A DNA stretch of 64,000 nucleotides, taken from the IMG/VR virus record IMGVR_UViG_3300008255_004085; one strand, written 5' to 3'. Within the stretch, counting starts at the first letter, position 1; every line of letters starts with the position of its first letter. The notes beneath the pieces are model-generated. The model searched no databases. It saw only the letters and a list, made by a program, of their open reading frames with translations, and had not been told where the DNA came from. Below are positions 60,775 through 64,000 of the stretch, in pieces. The translations under genes were made by a program, and so were the position numbers. This stretch comes from an uncultured virus (IMG/VR IMGVR_UViG_3300008255_004085) (Duplodnaviria; Heunggongvirae; Uroviricota; Caudoviricetes).

Positions 60775-62363
60775 AAAAAATAATTCTAAAATTAGCAAAA
60801 ATATTTGAGAACAAAGGGAATCATGACAAGTTTGATTATCTAATCAAACTTGCAGAAGAAGGCAATCTTGATGATTTTGATAAATTTCAAAGAGCGTTTG
60901 GGAATTGGAAAACTCACCAACAAATGAATGATGCAGCAGGTCAAGAATTGCCAGAAGATTTAACCGGAGATATAAATCAGGAAAATCCATTAGACCTTTT
61001 AGGGGCCATCAAATTATTCAAAGCGACTAATCAGTGGCGAATTCCATTCAAACTTTTTAGAATCGATCCTAGCGGCTTCTGGTATCTACCTGTTAGCTCA
61101 ACTGCTTTGTCTGAGGTTATGGAACCAGGGCAAGAGATATCTGATAGATCAATGCATGGTGACAATGCACCTGTTTATTGGATAGTAGAAAAAATAGAGG
61201 ACGACAAAGTTTATGTTAAACCAGTTGGATCAAATCCATTTGCTAAAACTGGAGACGATGGAGAAATTGTTGGTGCTGGTGGAAAAAGAATTGATGAACA
61301 CGATATTGATGTTTTAAGTGGAGATTATGAAAGAAATAGATTAAATCAAATCAAACAAAAAGTTTTAGAAGGGAATCCAACAATTGATGACATAAGTTAT
61401 GCATTAATGGGAACATGCCCCCTACATTTTGGTCCAAATGGCGCTCAAGGAGGTTGGTATTCTGCAAAAGATACTCGAAACAATCGTGGAGGAAGGCGTG
61501 GAATGTCCCCAGAAGAAGTAATGAGAAAAGATGTTGAAATAATTTCCAATTTAGGAATAAGACTTCCCAAAAAAGCTTTATCGGGTGAAATGGGTGTCTC
61601 GGATTGGGAAGAATATGTAAAAGGATATCATTATTATTCAGGATATACAAGCGCAAGTGGAGATAGAAGACCAATAATTGAAACAGAATTTGATGTTGAA
61701 GGTGAAGATTCAATGAATTCAGATAGCATAATCAAAAACTCTAAAGATCCAGACGAAAGAATTGCTCTTAGAAATCTTATAAATCTTAGAAATCTTTCTT
61801 CCCATTATTTTACTGAATTCTTTCCGCATATACTTGAAGCTATTGAATCTGAAACATTATCTGATCATGCTAAACTTTTAGCTGGAGAATATGCGTTTGA
61901 TGCTATACATTGGACGGGAAGATGGGAAATGATGATTCCATTAATTGATTTTTCAGCAAAACAACATGGAACTTTTGCCTCTTCTTCATGGCTTGAATTA
62001 ATTGAGAGAGTTCTTCATCAATTTAATCTTTATAATCCACAAAATAATTCAGAAAAAGATAAACAAAAAGAAAGAAAATTAATAAGTATCTTAACAGAAA
62101 TAAGAGAAATTATTAATAATGATCTTTTAAAATCATTTGAACAAACAAAAAGTTATTTTGAAATAGGAGAAATGTTGAAATCTTTAAAAACAATTATAAA
62201 TCTTTCATCTCAACTCAAAAAATATAATTATATTTTTTATGATTTGATTGATCAATCCTTTATAGATATGACAAAAGAAATTATATTAGAAAAATTAGAT
62301 GAAATAAACGAAGAAAAAGATTGGTATTATAAAGAAATAATTAAAAATCTAGAATTAATCTAA
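60771..62363 (+). CDS. leader-family protein, paralog of 55271..56962
   Basis: KLAKIFENKGNHDKFDYLIKLAE; VYVKPVGSNP and GTCPLHFGPNGAQGGWY. Confidence 0.8.
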   Translation: MKKIILKLAKIFENKGNHDKFDYLIKLAEEGNLDDFDKFQRAFGNWKTHQQMNDAAGQELPEDLTGDINQENPLDLLGAIKLFKATNQWRIPFKLFRIDPSGFWYLPVSSTALSEVMEPGQEISDRSMHGDNAPVYWIVEKIEDDKVYVKPVGSNPFAKTGDDGEIVGAGGKRIDEHDIDVLSGDYERNRLNQIKQKVLEGNPTIDDISYALMGTCPLHFGPNGAQGGWYSAKDTRNNRGGRRGMSPEEVMRKDVEIISNLGIRLPKKALSGEMGVSDWEEYVKGYHYYSGYTSASGDRRPIIETEFDVEGEDSMNSDSIIKNSKDPDERIALRNLINLRNLSSHYFTEFFPHILEAIESETLSDHAKLLAGEYAFDAIHWTGRWEMMIPLIDFSAKQHGTFASSSWLELIERVLHQFNLYNPQNNSEKDKQKERKLISILTEIREIINNDLLKSFEQTKSYFEIGEMLKSLKTIINLSSQLKKYNYIFYDLIDQSFIDMTKEIILEKLDEINEEKDWYYKEIIKNLELI

Positions 62364-63113
62364 TCTTTTTTTAATCATCTCAAAATATTCTTCATTCTTT
62401 TCAATTAGAATAAATTCTCTTTGTTCACCGGCTTTAATAACTGCTTCTCCGGTTGTTCCTGACCCTGCAAATGGATCAAGAATAACAGATTTTGGTGGAG
62501 ATAGTGCTTGAATCCATTTAGAACAAAAATCTAAATCTTTTTGTGTTGGGTGTTTTGTTCTTTCCTTTTTTGGTAAATGATTCTTTGACTTCATTTCCAT
62601 TACAGAGATTGGTTTTCTAAATCCATCTTTATTTTCGAAAGAATATTCATCTTTTGTTCGAAGCATTTGTTCATGTGAGGCACTCACATGTTTCTTTCTT
62701 TTTCTTGAGTATGGTTCTTTGAAATAACCCAGAGGTCTTTCATTGAAAAAAACATCTGAATTCTTTTTTCTGAAGACCAATCCATATTCATGACAATTAA
62801 CAGGTCTTTTTTTATAACTAGCAGCAAAATAATTAGAATGTTTGATGATTACTTCATAATAAAATTCAAGAGTTTTCCATTCTTGAAGCAATTGAAACCA
62901 AAGTTGCCAAGAAGAAAAAAGAAAAATAGAACCATCCTTTTTCAAAACTCTAACAAATTCATTTTCGATATTTTTTAAATCAATTTTCCCTTCCCACTCA
63001 ACATGTTTAGTGTTCAACACTCCATAGGGAGGGTCTGTAAAAATTAAATCAATAGAATTTGAAGGAATTTCAGAAAAATTTTCTAAACAATCACCAAGAA
63101 TTATACTATTCAT
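62355..63113 (-). CDS. beta-class N6A/N4C DNA methyltransferase (probable ATG 63113)
   Basis: GDCL, TDPPY, HPTQK and LDPFAGSGTT. Confidence 0.92.
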   Translation of the reverse strand: MNSIILGDCLENFSEIPSNSIDLIFTDPPYGVLNTKHVEWEGKIDLKNIENEFVRVLKKDGSIFLFSSWQLWFQLLQEWKTLEFYYEVIIKHSNYFAASYKKRPVNCHEYGLVFRKKNSDVFFNERPLGYFKEPYSRKRKKHVSASHEQMLRTKDEYSFENKDGFRKPISVMEMKSKNHLPKKERTKHPTQKDLDFCSKWIQALSPPKSVILDPFAGSGTTGEAVIKAGEQREFILIEKNEEYFEMIKKRLD

Positions 63114-63142
63114 AGATATAATTATACAAATTGGAGGATGAA

Positions 63143-63745
63143 ATGAAAACATTTTTGAGAATAATAGAAGAATTTAGTGAACATGGATCTTTAGTTAGAA
63201 ACGAATATCTTTTAAGTGCTGGGAAATTTGTTAAAGATGAAATTTTAATTCAAGGATCAATTGTTGAATTAGGATCTTATCGAGGTGGATTGACGATCAA
63301 ACTTGCAAAGATTGCCAACGAATTAGGAATAGAACCTATTTTCGCAGTAGATCTTTGGAAAGAAACTGAAACAGCACAATCAAAACTTGAAAGAATTTCA
63401 GAAGAAATTTATCAATCATTTTTAGATAAATTAGAATCTTTTAATGTTTCAGATGATGTCTTTGTCATCAGGCAAGACACAGCAGAGACAGGAGAAAATT
63501 GGGATGAAGGCCCCATCTCTTTTCTTGTAATTGATGCAAACCATAGATATGAAGCTGTTGTTCAAGATATAATTTCGTGGAAAGATCATGTAATCGAGGG
63601 CGGCTACATTTTCGTTGATGATTTTGGACCTTGGGATGGGACAAATGGTCCACAAGGGGCTGTTGAAGATAAATTACTCAAAACACAAGAAGCAGAACTA
63701 ATTGATCAAATTGGATGTTATGCATTGCTGAAAAAATTAAATTAA
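63143..63745 (+). CDS. class I SAM-dependent methyltransferase (Methyltransf_24-like)
   Basis: VELGSYRG, AVDLW, IDANH.YE.V..D and GG.I..DD; GGAGG RBS. Confidence 0.85.
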   Translation: MKTFLRIIEEFSEHGSLVRNEYLLSAGKFVKDEILIQGSIVELGSYRGGLTIKLAKIANELGIEPIFAVDLWKETETAQSKLERISEEIYQSFLDKLESFNVSDDVFVIRQDTAETGENWDEGPISFLVIDANHRYEAVVQDIISWKDHVIEGGYIFVDDFGPWDGTNGPQGAVEDKLLKTQEAELIDQIGCYALLKKLN

Positions 63746-64000
63746 AATTGAAGAATAATCATTTATCTCTAAACTATAATCATTTTCAATAAAAGATCTA
63801 TATTCTAATTCTATTATTTTTTCTAGATTTTTTGCAGAAAATAATGCTTTCTCTTTTATCCCAATAGAAGAGATATTCTCAAATTTTCTATTTAAAACTA
63901 ATTCTTCCTCAAAATCAACTTCTAAAATTTTTAGAATTTCAATTAAATCTTCTTTTAGATTTTCTGTTTTACCTATAAAATTGATTTTTTTAAATCCTTC
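63737..64000 (-). CDS. 3' end of a possible sulfotransferase-family protein (partial)
   Basis: Manual translation: ...INFIGKTENLKEDL...ENIS...; FIGxxExLxED is typical of Sulfotransfer_2 C-termini. Confidence 0.45.
   Translation of the reverse strand, partial: EGFKKINFIGKTENLKEDLIEILKILEVDFEEELVLNRKFENISSIGIKEKALFSAKNLEKIIELEYRSFIENDYSLEINDYSSILI

Noticed and set aside
17362..63113. Restriction-modification pair (NucS-like nuclease and MTase)
   Set aside because: They are 45 kb apart with no linkage; the MTase looks like an orphan.
1..64000. Alternative genetic code (TAG/TGA recoding seen in some large phages)
   Set aside because: Conserved genes are full length under code 11, and TAG and TGA terminate genes at expected ends.
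1..64000. CRISPR array
   Set aside because: All repeats found are tandem or coding, with no unique spacers between constant repeats.

Overview
An AT-rich, densely coding 64 kb segment, mostly on the minus strand, that most likely comes from a very large (jumbo/huge) bacteriophage genome using the standard code. This is an inference from gene content: many orphan ORFs are interleaved with isolated host-like genes (tmRNA, clpX, recD2, gyrB/gyrA, PIN-PhoH with an intein, CCA-adding enzyme, dnaK, dnaJ, infC, def, Thg1-like, hldD, two peptidoglycan enzymes, two serine proteases, a DNA methyltransferase), and these lack their usual bacterial operon partners. A DnaK lacking the proteobacterial insert, a copper-amine-oxidase-like stalk domain and sigmaH-like promoters hint at a Firmicutes-like host. 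The most unusual observations are: (1) six tandem, highly diverged tail-tube-like paralogs (34881-41766); (2) about ten otherwise dissimilar proteins sharing short N-terminal leaders ending in K-[ILF]-[AS]-Q/x, possibly a virion-targeting/propeptide system served by adjacent proteases; (3) a recurring AGG(A/T)-N16-18-(G/T)AA(T/A) promoter motif upstream of several of these genes; (4) a CCA-less tmRNA with an LAA-ending tag next to ClpX; (5) a class 3 intein in PhoH; (6) a frameshift in the Thg1-like gene; (7) a switch-like structured 5' leader. All family assignments come from motif recognition by eye; no database searches were run.
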